Part shown: piece by piece, positions 1-10,343 of the stretch
How positions within the stretch are numbered: position 1 is the stretch's first letter
Layout of the letters: each line of letters starts with the position of its first letter
Assembly: GCA_044337105.1 (NCBI GenBank)
Contig: JBIIOE010000004.1
Coordinates: forward strand, 3,172 to 67,171
Source: Bdellovibrionota bacterium
Lineage (GTDB): Bacteria; Bdellovibrionota_C; UBA2361; OMII01
Reading direction: 5' to 3'
Length of the DNA stretch: 64,000 bases
The notes under the pieces: model-generated
The model's input: the letters and a program-made list of their open reading frames with translations, nothing else
Told to the model about the DNA's origin: nothing
Database searches by the model: none
Translations under genes and position numbers: made by a program

Positions 1-840
1 CTCCCCTACACTTTTTATCTCGAGATGATCGATTGGCTGCACTCAACATTCAAGATCGATCTCAATGCATTCTCCCCCTCGGAGATACACCAGATGACTC
101 TCGTCTCCGGGAAGAGCTCTCGACAGGTGCTCGAAGACCTCAAGGCGTGCGGACTCAACGGGCTGCCCGGAGGAGGAGCTGAAATTCTAGACGATGAAAT
201 CCGTCGCCGTATCAGCCCCAAGAAGATATCTGCGGCTCGATGGTTGGAGGTGATGGAGGATGCACAGAGCCTCGACCTCGTGACGACCGCTACGATGGTG
301 ATCGGCTTCGGAGAAACGCTGGAGCATCGAATTAACCACTTAGAGCGTTTGCGCGAGCTTCAGGATAGGGCCAAAAGCCGGGGACACGAGGGATTCAACC
401 TCTTCATCTCCTGGACGCATCAGTTCAATGAACGGACCTCGCTCGGACGTAGCCGTCACGTGGCGAAGTACGGAGCGGGTGCTGTCGAGTACCTCAAGAA
501 CGTGGCGTGGAGCCGCATCTTCCTCGACAACATTCGTCACCACCAGTCGAGTTGGCCGACGTGCGGTCCGCATGTCGCGGAGATCGGATTACACTCAGGA
601 TGTGACGACATCGGTAGCACGATGATGGAGGAGAATGTGGTCTCCAAGGCAGGCGCACCAACCGCAACGAAGTGGTCGATGAGCCCTGCGGAGCTGGAGA
701 TGCACATTCGCCAGGCAGGATTTACTCCGGCGCAGCGCAACAGCTCGTTTAAAATCGTAAAGCGCCCGGATCAGGACGATGTCGCGGTTGGCACTGTGGC
801 AGGAGCAGCCGCTGGTCGCTCGCCAACAGCTCAGCGTTAA
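1..840 (+). CDS. Radical SAM menaquinone-biosynthesis enzyme of the futalosine pathway (MqnC/MqnE-like), C-terminal part; the 5' end lies outside the window
   Basis: The frame is open from base 1 to TAA at 838-840. LPGGGAEILDDEIRRRISPKK, MVIGFGETLEHRINHLERLRELQD and GFNLFISWTHQ resemble the C-terminal half of MqnC/MqnE/CofH-type radical SAM proteins. Confidence 0.75.
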   Translation, partial: LPYTFYLEMIDWLHSTFKIDLNAFSPSEIHQMTLVSGKSSRQVLEDLKACGLNGLPGGGAEILDDEIRRRISPKKISAARWLEVMEDAQSLDLVTTATMVIGFGETLEHRINHLERLRELQDRAKSRGHEGFNLFISWTHQFNERTSLGRSRHVAKYGAGAVEYLKNVAWSRIFLDNIRHHQSSWPTCGPHVAEIGLHSGCDDIGSTMMEENVVSKAGAPTATKWSMSPAELEMHIRQAGFTPAQRNSSFKIVKRPDQDDVAVGTVAGAAAGRSPTAQR

Positions 841-846
841 GCGTCC

Positions 847-1809
847 GTGTGCTCTTCTGCTATGGATGGTACCTTGCACCAGGGCTCTACTCGGTTGACT
901 CGCGATGAGTGGATGAGTCGACGCACCGCGCACAAAGAGCGGGTGCGTCACTGGACCGAGGATCGAGTTACCAGGGCAAATGTCAGCCAAAAGCACCCGA
1001 TCCTTGATTTCCTTTTCACCTATTACTCGTTTAGACCAGCGCACCTCGAGAGGTGGTCACCAGGCGCAGATGTGGTGCTCGAAGGGTGCGCCCTCGAAGA
1101 GGTTGATTGGCACAAGGACTTTCGTGAATGTGATGGCGGGGTTGTCATTCCAGGCGATAGCTTTCCAGCAAACCGCCTCGCTTTCGTTGCGTGGACAATT
1201 CGCTACATGCAAGGTATTGCACAGAGGCCTGCCTCTTTTTGCTGCTTCGGTCTACACGAATGGGCGATGGTGTACCGAAGCGACAAGCCACGACACGAGC
1301 AGATTCCACTGCGCCTCGCTCCTCACGAGATAAATACGGTCGTCGAGAGCTCAGAGTTACGATGCACGCACTACGACGCTTTCCGTTTCTTCACCGCTAA
1401 TGCCGCGCCCCTTAACAAAAACACACTAAGCCGGGAGGAGACGACCGTCTACGATCAGCGCGGGTGCATTCATGTCACTATGGACCTCTACAAATTTGCG
1501 CACAAAATCGCGCCCTGGTGCCCCAGCGAGCTAATCGCCGATGCGTTCCTGCTGGCACTCGATGCCCGTATGGTCGATATGCGAGCGAGCCCCTATGACC
1601 TGAGTAGCTTCGGAGTTGAGGCGATCCCCATCGAATGTTCGGCCGGACGTGAACTTTACGTGCGTGAGCAGCGGCGACTCTCTGAGCAGGCAGTACCGAT
1701 TCGAGAGCAACTGCTGCAGACCTATACGGCCATCGGCAAACGACTACAGGTCTCTACCGGCGAGCATTTCGATTTAGCTTCGTATATGAATAATGGGATC
1801 GACCTCTGA
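847..1809 (+). CDS. Conserved hypothetical protein (family often auto-annotated as 3-methyladenine DNA glycosylase; real function unclear)
   Basis: Long ORF immediately after the mqn-like gene. The HPILDFLFTYYSFRPAHLERW block is typical of that conserved family. Start is GTG 847 or ATG 862. Confidence 0.5.
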   Translation: MCSSAMDGTLHQGSTRLTRDEWMSRRTAHKERVRHWTEDRVTRANVSQKHPILDFLFTYYSFRPAHLERWSPGADVVLEGCALEEVDWHKDFRECDGGVVIPGDSFPANRLAFVAWTIRYMQGIAQRPASFCCFGLHEWAMVYRSDKPRHEQIPLRLAPHEINTVVESSELRCTHYDAFRFFTANAAPLNKNTLSREETTVYDQRGCIHVTMDLYKFAHKIAPWCPSELIADAFLLALDARMVDMRASPYDLSSFGVEAIPIECSAGRELYVREQRRLSEQAVPIREQLLQTYTAIGKRLQVSTGEHFDLASYMNNGIDL

Positions 1810-1978
1810 TTTCCTGCTTCCCTAAGGACCAGACAGCCATTCATGTCGAGACCGCCAATTAACTGTAATTACTAGCCAAAACAATTTGATGGCAACCCAA
1901 GAGAAGGGCAAAGAGGTGTCGACTTCCCTGGCCCCAAAGGCTTCAGAATAGCAGCAACTCCATTCCATAATTCCATTT

Positions 1979-3106
1979 TTGAATTACTATGAAGCGGTTG
2001 ATCCTGCGCAAGTCATAACTCTTGAGAGTCAAGGCGGCGCGGCTCTCAGACAACCGATGCTCCAGAACCGTGACACCCACAATGATTGGCAAACTATAAT
2101 GCTGTCGGAAAAGGAAAAGGTCGTACTTGCCGCTTGCTGTCTCGATGCGGACCTACCCGTACAAGAGATAGCAAAACGCACAGGCTTAAAGGACCACGTC
2201 GTGCGTAGAGCCTTGGACTCGATTGAGGCATCCGGAGCTGTGAGGCGTGTAACCTACATCGATGTATATCCATTAGGACTGTACTATTTCGAAGTTTATT
2301 TCCGATTCCTTCCTGGCACTGGCAACAAGTCGGCCATCCTCGAATATCTTCAGAGCTCTCCCTTCGTGTCGTACCTGGCCCAAACAGGGGGCGATTACGA
2401 GTGCAACATACATGTAATAGCGCGACGCCCAGCAGAGGTCATGACGTTTATCGAGGATGTTGCGGAGCGATTTCAAGGGGTATTCGCCGACAAACAGGTT
2501 CTGCTGATTGAGTCTCTGTGTGACTTCCCCTTACGATTTCTAGGCGATCACTCAGACGCGCATCGTAGTCTCAGTTTCGGAAATACAAAATCTTCTGTGG
2601 AGATCGATGAGCTTGATCACCGCATCCTGAGGTTGCTGTCGAGTACGCATTTCAGAAGCGTCACCGAAATTGCGCGCATGCTTGGGGCTAAGCTTTCGAC
2701 GGTGCAATATCGACTCGATCGTCTCCGGGACAATCGCGTGATCGTCGGAACCCGATACCTTGCTAACCTTCCAGCTCTCGGATACCAAGTCTTCGATATT
2801 CACGTTCAGACCAGAGGGGTTTCTAAAGCAGTAAAAAACGCAATCAATACGTTCGCTGACGCAGAGCCGTCTGTATACGCACTACTTCGAACAGCTGGCG
2901 TCTGGGATTTTGTTCTGATAAGCGCGGTTCCTGCAGCGGCGCAGATCGAACCGCTGATTAACCGACTCAGCGAGGTTCTGGGTAGCGACCTCGTACGCGC
3001 AACTGCTCATCCTTTAATACGACAGCACAAGGTGTCGTTCTATCCGCTCGAGACCTACAATACATCGGGTGCTATTATATCGCACTCTGTGGGAGCTACA
3101 GTGTAG
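1979..3106 (+). CDS. Transcriptional regulator with two fused Lrp/AsnC-like modules (winged-helix HTH plus small effector domain, twice)
   Basis: Two HTH-like segments (PVQEIAKRTGLKDHVVRRALDSIEASGAV and VTEIARMLGAKLSTVQYRLDRLRDNRVIVG) are each followed by a roughly 70-aa beta-alpha region. The start codon is uncertain (TTG 1979). Confidence 0.55.
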   Translation: MNYYEAVDPAQVITLESQGGAALRQPMLQNRDTHNDWQTIMLSEKEKVVLAACCLDADLPVQEIAKRTGLKDHVVRRALDSIEASGAVRRVTYIDVYPLGLYYFEVYFRFLPGTGNKSAILEYLQSSPFVSYLAQTGGDYECNIHVIARRPAEVMTFIEDVAERFQGVFADKQVLLIESLCDFPLRFLGDHSDAHRSLSFGNTKSSVEIDELDHRILRLLSSTHFRSVTEIARMLGAKLSTVQYRLDRLRDNRVIVGTRYLANLPALGYQVFDIHVQTRGVSKAVKNAINTFADAEPSVYALLRTAGVWDFVLISAVPAAAQIEPLINRLSEVLGSDLVRATAHPLIRQHKVSFYPLETYNTSGAIISHSVGATV

Positions 3107-3108
3107 AG

Positions 3109-4161
3109 ATGTCGATTATCCATGGACCCCATCTCGGCCCCGGTGAAAAAGAGAAGACGTCAACAGACGCCGGCTCCGTCGCAGGTATTGGGCAACCGCT
3201 CCTGGACATAATTGTTCCGTGTAAAGAGAGCCTCCTGGCGACAAACGGATTCACGGCTGGGACCCACGAGTTCATGACAACTGAGGAGATTGCTAGACTA
3301 CTCTCTCAAGTACCTGTCGAGCAGCAGCATCTCTTCACGGGCGGCTCTGCCCTTAATTCGATCAAGAGCGCTCGAACGCTAGGTTCAGGCGGTGCCTATT
3401 ATGGCCTGACCGGAAATGACACAGCAGGACAGCGTGTGCGCGACTTGTTTTTGGGAGAAGACATCGTCGCGCCAATCCAAGCAACGGAGAAACTCGCCAC
3501 TGGTGTGTGCGTTTCTCTCATCACGCCGAATGGCGAACGTACGATGAGGACCAATCTCGGCGCTTCGGCGCTTCTCGACGCAGAGCACGTACGTAGTCAT
3601 ACCTTTGGAGAGTATGCATGGGTTATCTTAGAGGGCTACCTTCTTGTCAGCAGTGCGAATAATCGCGCGGCGCTATTTACTGCCGTATCTGCTTTGAAAG
3701 ATCAAAGGGAGAAAGTCGTCTTCTGTCTTGCTTCCGAATATGTTGCTTCGACTGAGAGGGACGTGATCCGTGAATCGATCCTCCCTCACACCGGTCTTTT
3801 GATCGCTAATGAACGAGAAGCGTGTGCGTTGACCAATCGCTCGTGTGCGAACGATGCTCTCTTCATCCTCGAAAAAGAGCTTCCAGGCGTTGTAATTACC
3901 TGCGGGGAACGTGGCGCATGGACCTATCTCCACGGAAAACATTTCTTTACTCCGGCCCACCCGACCGCTGGCGCCGTAGTCGACACGACGGGTGCCGGGG
4001 ATGTGTACCTCGGAGCCTTCCTAGCAGGTCTGTCCGCAGGCTATGACCCAGCGCTAGCCGCAAGCGGCGCTGCTCGGATGGCGGCATTGGTAGTTTCGAA
4101 CCATGGTGCTGACCTTCCGCGAACGGCGAAGGCTATCTGGGCTGAGATGATGAGAGGGTAA
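3109..4161 (+). CDS. PfkB-family carbohydrate/nucleoside kinase (adenosine-kinase or ribokinase-like)
   Basis: DTTGAGDVYLGAFLAGL matches the PfkB signature near the C-terminus. FTGGSALNS lies near the N-terminus. There is a 2-bp gap to the upstream regulator gene. Confidence 0.8.
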   Translation: MSIIHGPHLGPGEKEKTSTDAGSVAGIGQPLLDIIVPCKESLLATNGFTAGTHEFMTTEEIARLLSQVPVEQQHLFTGGSALNSIKSARTLGSGGAYYGLTGNDTAGQRVRDLFLGEDIVAPIQATEKLATGVCVSLITPNGERTMRTNLGASALLDAEHVRSHTFGEYAWVILEGYLLVSSANNRAALFTAVSALKDQREKVVFCLASEYVASTERDVIRESILPHTGLLIANEREACALTNRSCANDALFILEKELPGVVITCGERGAWTYLHGKHFFTPAHPTAGAVVDTTGAGDVYLGAFLAGLSAGYDPALAASGAARMAALVVSNHGADLPRTAKAIWAEMMRG

Positions 4162-4205
4162 TTACTCTGCGGGGACTACCGTAAAGGCGCGCTGTACCAA
4201 CAAGG

Positions 4206-4973
4206 TTACCTCCGTCGAATGGCCTTGTTTATCTGACCAAATAGCCCTGTGAAGATGCGTAACTCGCGCGACGAGAAGTGCCCTCGTCTAGCCATGTTCG
4301 CAAGAAGATCGCGCATGTGAGCAGGTGAGTTGTCGTTGAGAAAACCCACCTCTCCCGCCGTGTCGAGAACCATGCTCACGAAGTGTTCAAGATTGGCGTT
4401 TGTAGGCCATTCACCTCGCTCATCGCCGACTGCCGAGCTTACTCGCTTTCGAATAGAATACAGAGCCAAAAGGACCGACTGCGCCAGATTGTAGGACGGA
4501 TTCTCCGCACTGGAAGGGATCCTCACCAAAAAACTGCAGAGCGGATAGTGCTCTCGCCTGAGGCCTGCCTCCTCTGACCCAAACACCAGCGCCACCGTTC
4601 GATGGGGAGATTTCGCGAGCCGGTCGACCCACTCATCGAGCAGGAGTTGCGGAACTCGATGCGAGGAGCTGTCCGATGCGAAGCCGATTACTTCGTGTGC
4701 GTCGACTAGTGCCTCAGATAACGAGTCGAAGGAAGGTGCCGAATCCACTACTGCAGCACCCCAACACGCAACACCACGAGCAATCGCCACATCAAAGCCG
4801 GCAGGCATCACCAAACGTAGTTCGGTGATGCCGAGATTACTCATAGCTCGCGCTACGGCGCCAATATTTCGTGGATCTTTGGGCTCTACTAGGATAACGA
4901 GCACGCGTAATTGATCCGGCAACGGTAGCAGGTCACCAAATGCTTGTGTCGACATTTTGTCGATTGTGGACAT
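4206..4973 (-). CDS. trmJ: SpoU/TrmH-class tRNA 2'-O-methyltransferase, TrmJ-like
   Basis: VILVEPKDPRNIGAVARAMSNLGITELRLV, ALVFGSEEAGL and NPSYNLAQSV follow the three SpoU motifs. The architecture (N-terminal methylase plus C-terminal extension) is TrmJ-like. Confidence 0.75.
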   Translation of the reverse strand: MSTIDKMSTQAFGDLLPLPDQLRVLVILVEPKDPRNIGAVARAMSNLGITELRLVMPAGFDVAIARGVACWGAAVVDSAPSFDSLSEALVDAHEVIGFASDSSSHRVPQLLLDEWVDRLAKSPHRTVALVFGSEEAGLRREHYPLCSFLVRIPSSAENPSYNLAQSVLLALYSIRKRVSSAVGDERGEWPTNANLEHFVSMVLDTAGEVGFLNDNSPAHMRDLLANMARRGHFSSRELRIFTGLFGQINKAIRRR

Positions 4974-5120
4974 TAACGGGGTACTCTCAGGACAAAAGCG
5001 CGGTTAGAGCGCCCTACTCCAACAAGCACCCCTTTCGCAACGAAGCGGGATAGCCCTGAAGCGCGGCTTGGGGCATTATCTCACAAACGAAACTAAACGT
5101 GAATCAAGAGCCCTCTCACT

Positions 5121-6296
5121 ATGACAAATAACCACTGGCCGATTCTAGGCAAGCTCTCACAAAAAACTTTCCTGAGCCGGTACTGGCAGAAGCGTCCTCT
5201 TTTGATAAAGAAGGCCCTGTATCCCTTTCCTGATCTTATAACCCCCGAAGAGCTCGCGGGAATGGCCTGCGATCCGCAGATTGAGTCGCGCCTGATCATC
5301 GAAAAGGGAGGAAAAAGTCCTTGGGAGCTGCGTCGTGGCCCTTTTAAGCCCTCGACATTCAAGAAGCTCCCCAAAAAACATTGGACGTTCTTGGTAAACG
5401 GTGTCGATCGATTCGTGCCCGCCGTCAACGCGCTGCTGGACGAGTTTTCGTTCGTTCCGTTCTGGCGGATGGATGATATCATGATCAGCTATGCCGTCGA
5501 GGAAGGTAACGTAGGGGCACATGTCGACAATTACGATGTGTTCCTCGTGCAAGCACACGGTAAACGTGAATGGATGATCGAGGACCGTCCAGTAATGGAG
5601 GATGACTTCGTACCGAATCTCCCCATTCGTCTCCTGAAGCGTTTCAAGCCGACACACACCTGGGTACTAGAACCGGGAGACATCCTGTATCTTCCTCCCC
5701 GCTTTCCACATCATGGGATCGCGCGTGACGGGGATTGCATGACGGTCTCGGTCGGGTTCCGTTCCCCCTCGCTTCACGACATTTTGAACGGAGTAGTTGC
5801 TAGTGGGCTTGTTAATACCGACGAATCTCGTCGCTACGTGGATCCCGATCTAAAGCCTCAAGCTCCTGGAGAGATCTCTCGTGACGCCATATCGAAGATC
5901 AAGACGGAGCTCTCCCAGATCCTGCTCTCGGACGACGTGATCTCGGATTGGCTGGGGCATTCGATTACAGAGCCGTACAACGACGTCGATCTGCGCGCGA
6001 CTGCTCGAAAGACTACGGCCTCCGGGGTCGGCAAGTTGATTCGAGGTGCGGAAAATATCGTTCGTGCCGAGGGCTCTCGTTTGGCCTACCTCAGGGATGG
6101 AAAGAAGATCTCGTTCTTCGATAATGGACGCAGATACGAGCTTTCAGGGAAGACTGCAGAGCTCGCTACCATCCTTGCCGATACGATCGTGGTACCCACT
6201 TCAATCATCAGACCGTATCTGAATGACGGGGGGTGTAAACGGCTCTTAGCGGATCTGCTGTCGTCCGGTGCACTTGTGACAGACCTGGGCGATTGA
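5121..6296 (+). CDS. roxA: Cupin-4/JmjC ribosomal protein uL16 arginine hydroxylase (YcfD/RoxA-like)
   Basis: FLSRYWQKRPLLIKKA, GAHVDNYDVFLVQAHGKREW and GDILYLPPRFPHHG are collinear with E. coli YcfD, including the His-x-Asp...His iron site. Confidence 0.8.
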   Translation: MTNNHWPILGKLSQKTFLSRYWQKRPLLIKKALYPFPDLITPEELAGMACDPQIESRLIIEKGGKSPWELRRGPFKPSTFKKLPKKHWTFLVNGVDRFVPAVNALLDEFSFVPFWRMDDIMISYAVEEGNVGAHVDNYDVFLVQAHGKREWMIEDRPVMEDDFVPNLPIRLLKRFKPTHTWVLEPGDILYLPPRFPHHGIARDGDCMTVSVGFRSPSLHDILNGVVASGLVNTDESRRYVDPDLKPQAPGEISRDAISKIKTELSQILLSDDVISDWLGHSITEPYNDVDLRATARKTTASGVGKLIRGAENIVRAEGSRLAYLRDGKKISFFDNGRRYELSGKTAELATILADTIVVPTSIIRPYLNDGGCKRLLADLLSSGALVTDLGD

Positions 6297-6419
6297 TGCT
6301 TATGTTCTCTTGATGGCTTGATGGTCGCAAAGAGAGTTGAGAGCTCGGTGGGTTTCCTGGAGTCGATGCGCTTGGCTTGTCGCTACTGGCTTAGTAGGCC
6401 AGTGGAGATCACTGCATAG

Positions 6420-7112
6420 TTACGCCATCATGGCACGCAATTGCGCAACAACTCGAGGAACTCCCTCGGTTGCCGGTGCCGCCACGACGTGAAAGCTTTC
6501 GTCAGCGAGACCTGAAGGGCTCGTATCGACTACGAACTTCAGGGATTCATACGGAACGTAATCCGTGAGGCTCGCCGCAGGGTATACCTCTAAGGATGTT
6601 CCTATGACTATGAAGAAGTCAGCACTCTTGGCTGTCTCTATAGCTCGCTCCATCATCGGCACTGGTTCACCAAACCACACGACGTGAGGGCGTAGCTGGG
6701 AGCCCAACTCGCACCTATCACCAAGGGAGATATCTCCGGTGCAGTCGTACAGGAGACACTCGTTTTGTGTACTGCGCGATTTCATTATCTCTCCATGCAG
6801 ATGGAGGACCGTGGTGCTGCCCGCGCGCTCGTGTAGATCGTCGATATTTTGGGTGATAACAGAGACTCGAAAAACGTCTTCGAGATCTTTGAGAGCTCGG
6901 TGCGCCTCGTTAGGTTGGGCTTGCCGGACTCCAGCTCGACGCTCATTGTAGAAGCGGAGAACCGTAGTAGGACTACGCTCCCAGGCATCCGGTGTGGCGA
7001 CTTGCGAGATCGGAACCCCCTCCCACAAGCCGCCAGCCCCACGAAAAGTACCTAAGCCACTTTCGGCGCTGATGCCGGCACCTGACAAAACAACTACGTG
7101 CCTATCTCGCAT
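6420..7112 (-). CDS. cobB: NAD-dependent protein deacylase (Sir2 family)
   Basis: VVLSGAGISAESGLGTFRG, TQNIDDLHERAG and VVWFGE are typical Sir2/CobB motifs. Confidence 0.85.
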   Translation of the reverse strand: MRDRHVVVLSGAGISAESGLGTFRGAGGLWEGVPISQVATPDAWERSPTTVLRFYNERRAGVRQAQPNEAHRALKDLEDVFRVSVITQNIDDLHERAGSTTVLHLHGEIMKSRSTQNECLLYDCTGDISLGDRCELGSQLRPHVVWFGEPVPMMERAIETAKSADFFIVIGTSLEVYPAASLTDYVPYESLKFVVDTSPSGLADESFHVVAAPATEGVPRVVAQLRAMMA

Positions 7113-7157
7113 GCCGGTCTCCTCAAAGTTCGAGATCTCAACCGGCCGGAGCCAGTC

Positions 7158-8228
7158 TTACGCGATCGTGACCTCTTTACAGAGGTACACATCCTGAATG
7201 GCATTTAGGATCTGAACGCCCTCTTTGAACGGCTTTTGAAACGCTTTGCGTCCGGAAATGAGCCCCATTCCTCCCGCGCGCTTGTTAATGACTCCCGTCT
7301 TAACAGCCTCTGCGAGGTCGTTGCTGCCTGAACCACCACCCGAATTGATCAAGCCGATCTTGCCCATGTATCCGTTCGCAACTTGGTAACGGGTGAGATC
7401 TATCACGTGATCCGAACTCAGATCCGTATACATTCTCTCATCGAGCTTGCCGTATGACGAGGAGCCCGTATTGAGCGCTTTGAAGCCACCATTGTTTTCA
7501 GGAAGCTTCTGCTTGACGATATCGGCTTCGATGGTTGCTCCGAGGTGATTGCCTTGTCCCGTGAGGTCTGCAGCTGTCTCGTAATTGACGTTACCCACCT
7601 TGAATCCCGGGTTTCGCAGATAGCACCACAGAATCGTCGCCATTCCGAGGGAGTGCGCCTCTGAGAAGGCCTTCGACACTTCGACGATCTGACGAGTCGA
7701 TTCCGGGGAGCCAAAATACACCGTGGCTCCGATTGCGGCACATCCCTGGTTCCACGCATCTCGGACCTGCGCGAACATCACTTGGTCGTGCTTGTTCGGA
7801 TATGTCAGGAGCTCGTTGTGGTTTATCTTGAGAATGAGCGGAATGCGGTGCGCGTACTTGCGTGCTACGAGCCCCAAGCTACCGAATGTAGTGGCAACCG
7901 CATTACATCCACCCTCGATCGCGAGCTTTACGATATTCTCAGGATCGAAGTAATCCGGGTTCTTGGCAAAAGAGGCACCTGCAGAGTGCTCGATACCTTG
8001 ATCGATCGGCAATATCGAGAGATAGCCAGTGCCCTTGAGGCGTCCGTTGTCGTAGAGGGCTTGTAGCGAGCGAAGAACCTGAAGATGACGGTCAGACGAG
8101 GTCCAGACGCGCTCGACGAAATCAGGGCCCGGCAAAGCGAGTCGCTCTTTCGGAATTCCCTTACACGTGTGCTCTAAAAGGTTAGCGGCATCGCCGCCCA
8201 AAAGTTCTTCGATATGGCTGATGTTCAT
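7158..8228 (-). CDS. fbaB: Class I fructose-bisphosphate aldolase (FbaB/DhnA type)
   Basis: 356 aa. The N-terminus is [20 protein letters not shown]...[10 protein letters not shown] and the body is DhnA-type, collinear with FbaB. GGAG lies upstream of the ATG. Confidence 0.8.
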   Translation of the reverse strand: MNISHIEELLGGDAANLLEHTCKGIPKERLALPGPDFVERVWTSSDRHLQVLRSLQALYDNGRLKGTGYLSILPIDQGIEHSAGASFAKNPDYFDPENIVKLAIEGGCNAVATTFGSLGLVARKYAHRIPLILKINHNELLTYPNKHDQVMFAQVRDAWNQGCAAIGATVYFGSPESTRQIVEVSKAFSEAHSLGMATILWCYLRNPGFKVGNVNYETAADLTGQGNHLGATIEADIVKQKLPENNGGFKALNTGSSSYGKLDERMYTDLSSDHVIDLTRYQVANGYMGKIGLINSGGGSGSNDLAEAVKTGVINKRAGGMGLISGRKAFQKPFKEGVQILNAIQDVYLCKEVTIA

Positions 8229-8372
8229 AATGATTCTCCTTTCAGTCCTGTAGGACTATAAGGGGGCCAGCCACGTATGATCAAGGAGGGGCGGGGTGAA
8301 ATATGAAGCTACTCAGGCTCCCCCGGAGGCTACTAAGGTAGCCCTGCCCGAGAGAGCGAGTGAGAAGCTCTT

Positions 8373-9239
8373 TTAACCACCTCCGAGGAGCTGAAGCGCC
8401 AATCTTGGCTGCTGATTCGCTTGCGCCAAAATCGCTGTTCCCGCCTGCTGGAGGATACTGACTCGTGTGAGCTCTGCCGATTCGCTGGCGACATCAACAT
8501 CTCGAATGACGCTCTCCGCTGCTTGGAAGTTTTCACGCGCAACGGTCAAGTTCGTGATAGTGGTCTCCAGTCGGCTCTCCGCCGCTCCGAGAGTTCCACG
8601 ATTTCGCGAAATCGTCACGATGGCTGTGCGCAGTGCGTCGAGCGCGAGCCGCGACGCTGACTGTGCAGCTTCCTCGGTATTTGCGATTACGGAGAACATC
8701 GGAGCCGAGGTTCCAGCCGCCGCCAAACCTAACGAGGCTAGCGTCGCCTGCACTCCCGAATACGAGATCTGCGATATCGAACTACCGTCGAAACCAACTT
8801 GGAACGTGATATTCTGTCCGCCGCTCAAGAGCTTCACACCATTGAACTCCGTGGTGGTAGCTATACGCTCTACTTCGCTCATGAGAGCAGAGAACTCGAG
8901 TTGCAGCGCCGAACGTTGCCCGTTACTGTACACTCCGTTCGATGACGACTGTGCAAGCTCCGAAAGACGGCTCAAGATGTTGGTAATCTGTTCGACCGCT
9001 CCATCGGTGATGGAGATGATCGAGATACCGTCGTTGGCGTTTCGGATACCTACCGTCGCCACCCTTGCATCCGCTTTCAAGCTCTCGGCTATCGCCAACC
9101 CGGCCGCATCATCTTTGGCCCGATTGATTCGAAGTCCGCTGGAGAGCCGTTCGTATGCCTGCCTCAACCGTCCGGAGGACTCGGTCAGGTTACGTTGTGC
9201 TCCTAACGAGGAGAGGTTGGTCTTTATCCCTAAACTCAT
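8373..9239 (-). CDS. fliC: Flagellin (short, about 288 aa)
   Basis: The N-terminus has LSSGLRINRAKDDAAGLAIAE and the C-terminus has ILQQAGTAILAQANQQP, which are the canonical flagellin D0/D1 segments. Confidence 0.93.
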   Translation of the reverse strand: MSLGIKTNLSSLGAQRNLTESSGRLRQAYERLSSGLRINRAKDDAAGLAIAESLKADARVATVGIRNANDGISIISITDGAVEQITNILSRLSELAQSSSNGVYSNGQRSALQLEFSALMSEVERIATTTEFNGVKLLSGGQNITFQVGFDGSSISQISYSGVQATLASLGLAAAGTSAPMFSVIANTEEAAQSASRLALDALRTAIVTISRNRGTLGAAESRLETTITNLTVARENFQAAESVIRDVDVASESAELTRVSILQQAGTAILAQANQQPRLALQLLGGG

Positions 9240-9256
9240 ATACTCAGCCTCCTAGC

Positions 9257-10120
9257 TTATCTACCCATCAACTGCAGAGCTAGCTGCGGCTGCTGGTTCG
9301 CTTGGGCAAGGATTGCTGCTCCCGCCTGTTGCAAGATGTTGAGTCGTGTCAATTCCGCTGCTTCCGTTGCTACATCGACGTCTCGGATGCGGCTCTCTGC
9401 GGCCTTGAAGTTCTCTCGCGCTACCTGGAGGTTCGCGATAGTTACCTCTAATCGGCTCTCGGCAGCTCCGAGATTTCCTCGATTGAGGTTCACGGAGGCG
9501 ATCGCCGCATTAATCGCATCAATCGCGAGACGGGCCGCCGTCTGGGAAGCTATCTCGTTCTCTGCGATGATGGATACTCGAGGCGCCGAGCTGTTTACGT
9601 CGGCGAGCCCGAGCGCTGCCAGTGTGGCCTCGACCGTTCCGTAGCTAATTCGCGAGAGCGACGTTCCGTCGAATCCGACCTGGAAAACCACCGACTGACC
9701 GCCGCTCAAGAGGTTTAGCCCGTTAAATTTGGTCGTGAGAGCAATACGCTCAATTTCAGATGTCAGCGCCGTAAACTCATTCTGAAGCGCCGATCTCTGC
9801 GTATTCGCGAAGACGCCGTTGGCGCTCTGCTCCGCTAGCTCACCGAGGCGGGTTAGCGTATTGGCGATCTGCCCTACAGCTTGGTCTGCAATCGATATGA
9901 CGGAGATACCATCATTGGCATTTCGCACCGCCACCGTGGCGACTGCTGCGTCAGCCTTGAGGTTCTCAGCGATTGCCAACCCGGCTGCGTCATCTCGCGC
10001 TCTATTGATGCGGAGACCGCTCGATAGTCGCTCGTATGAGGTGTTCAGTTTGCTCGAGCTTTGATCCAGATTTCTCTGGGCGAGCAACGATGGAATGTTT
10101 GTCCTAATGTTGATTGCCAT
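9257..10120 (-). CDS. fliC: Flagellin paralogue (short, about 287 aa)
   Basis: Same conserved termini as the downstream copy (LSSGLRINRARDDAAGLAIAE, ILQQAGAAILAQANQQP). A 17-bp spacer with AGGAGG separates it from the next flagellin gene. Confidence 0.93.
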   Translation of the reverse strand: MAINIRTNIPSLLAQRNLDQSSSKLNTSYERLSSGLRINRARDDAAGLAIAENLKADAAVATVAVRNANDGISVISIADQAVGQIANTLTRLGELAEQSANGVFANTQRSALQNEFTALTSEIERIALTTKFNGLNLLSGGQSVVFQVGFDGTSLSRISYGTVEATLAALGLADVNSSAPRVSIIAENEIASQTAARLAIDAINAAIASVNLNRGNLGAAESRLEVTIANLQVARENFKAAESRIRDVDVATEAAELTRLNILQQAGAAILAQANQQPQLALQLMGR

Positions 10121-10192
10121 TATCCTTGTCTCCGTGGCGAAACAGTCCAGCTATCCGGACTATACAAATCTCTCCGTAGTAGGGCGCGAATC

Positions 10193-10219
10193 CCTTCGTC
10201 CCTGTGTCGGCAAACTTTG
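10193..10219 (-). promoter_or_regulatory. Weak candidate sigma-28 (FliA) promoter for the flagellin genes
   Basis: The minus strand reads CAAAGTTT-N11-GACGAAGG, compared with the consensus TAAAGTTT-N11-GCCGATAA. That is 7/8 at -35, exact spacing, and only 4/8 at -10. It lies about 70 nt upstream of the flagellin ATG. Confidence 0.3.
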
Positions 10220-10343
10220 CCGTTCATTTTCTCTAGAGGAGTATTGAGCAAGGAGCTTGCCAACATCGGTGCTGGCAGCGCTCCAAGACCCACTTTTCAC
10301 ATCCAACTGCCTACTCCTCTTGATCATTGCTTCCTCACTCACC

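Noticed and set aside
8467-9255. 262-aa plus-strand ORF, and similar ORFs at 9336-9644 and 9819-10064
   Set aside because: It lies entirely antisense to the flagellin genes. Its Ser/Ala/Arg-rich, low-complexity translation is the mirror image of the strongly conserved flagellin frame. There is no independent start context.
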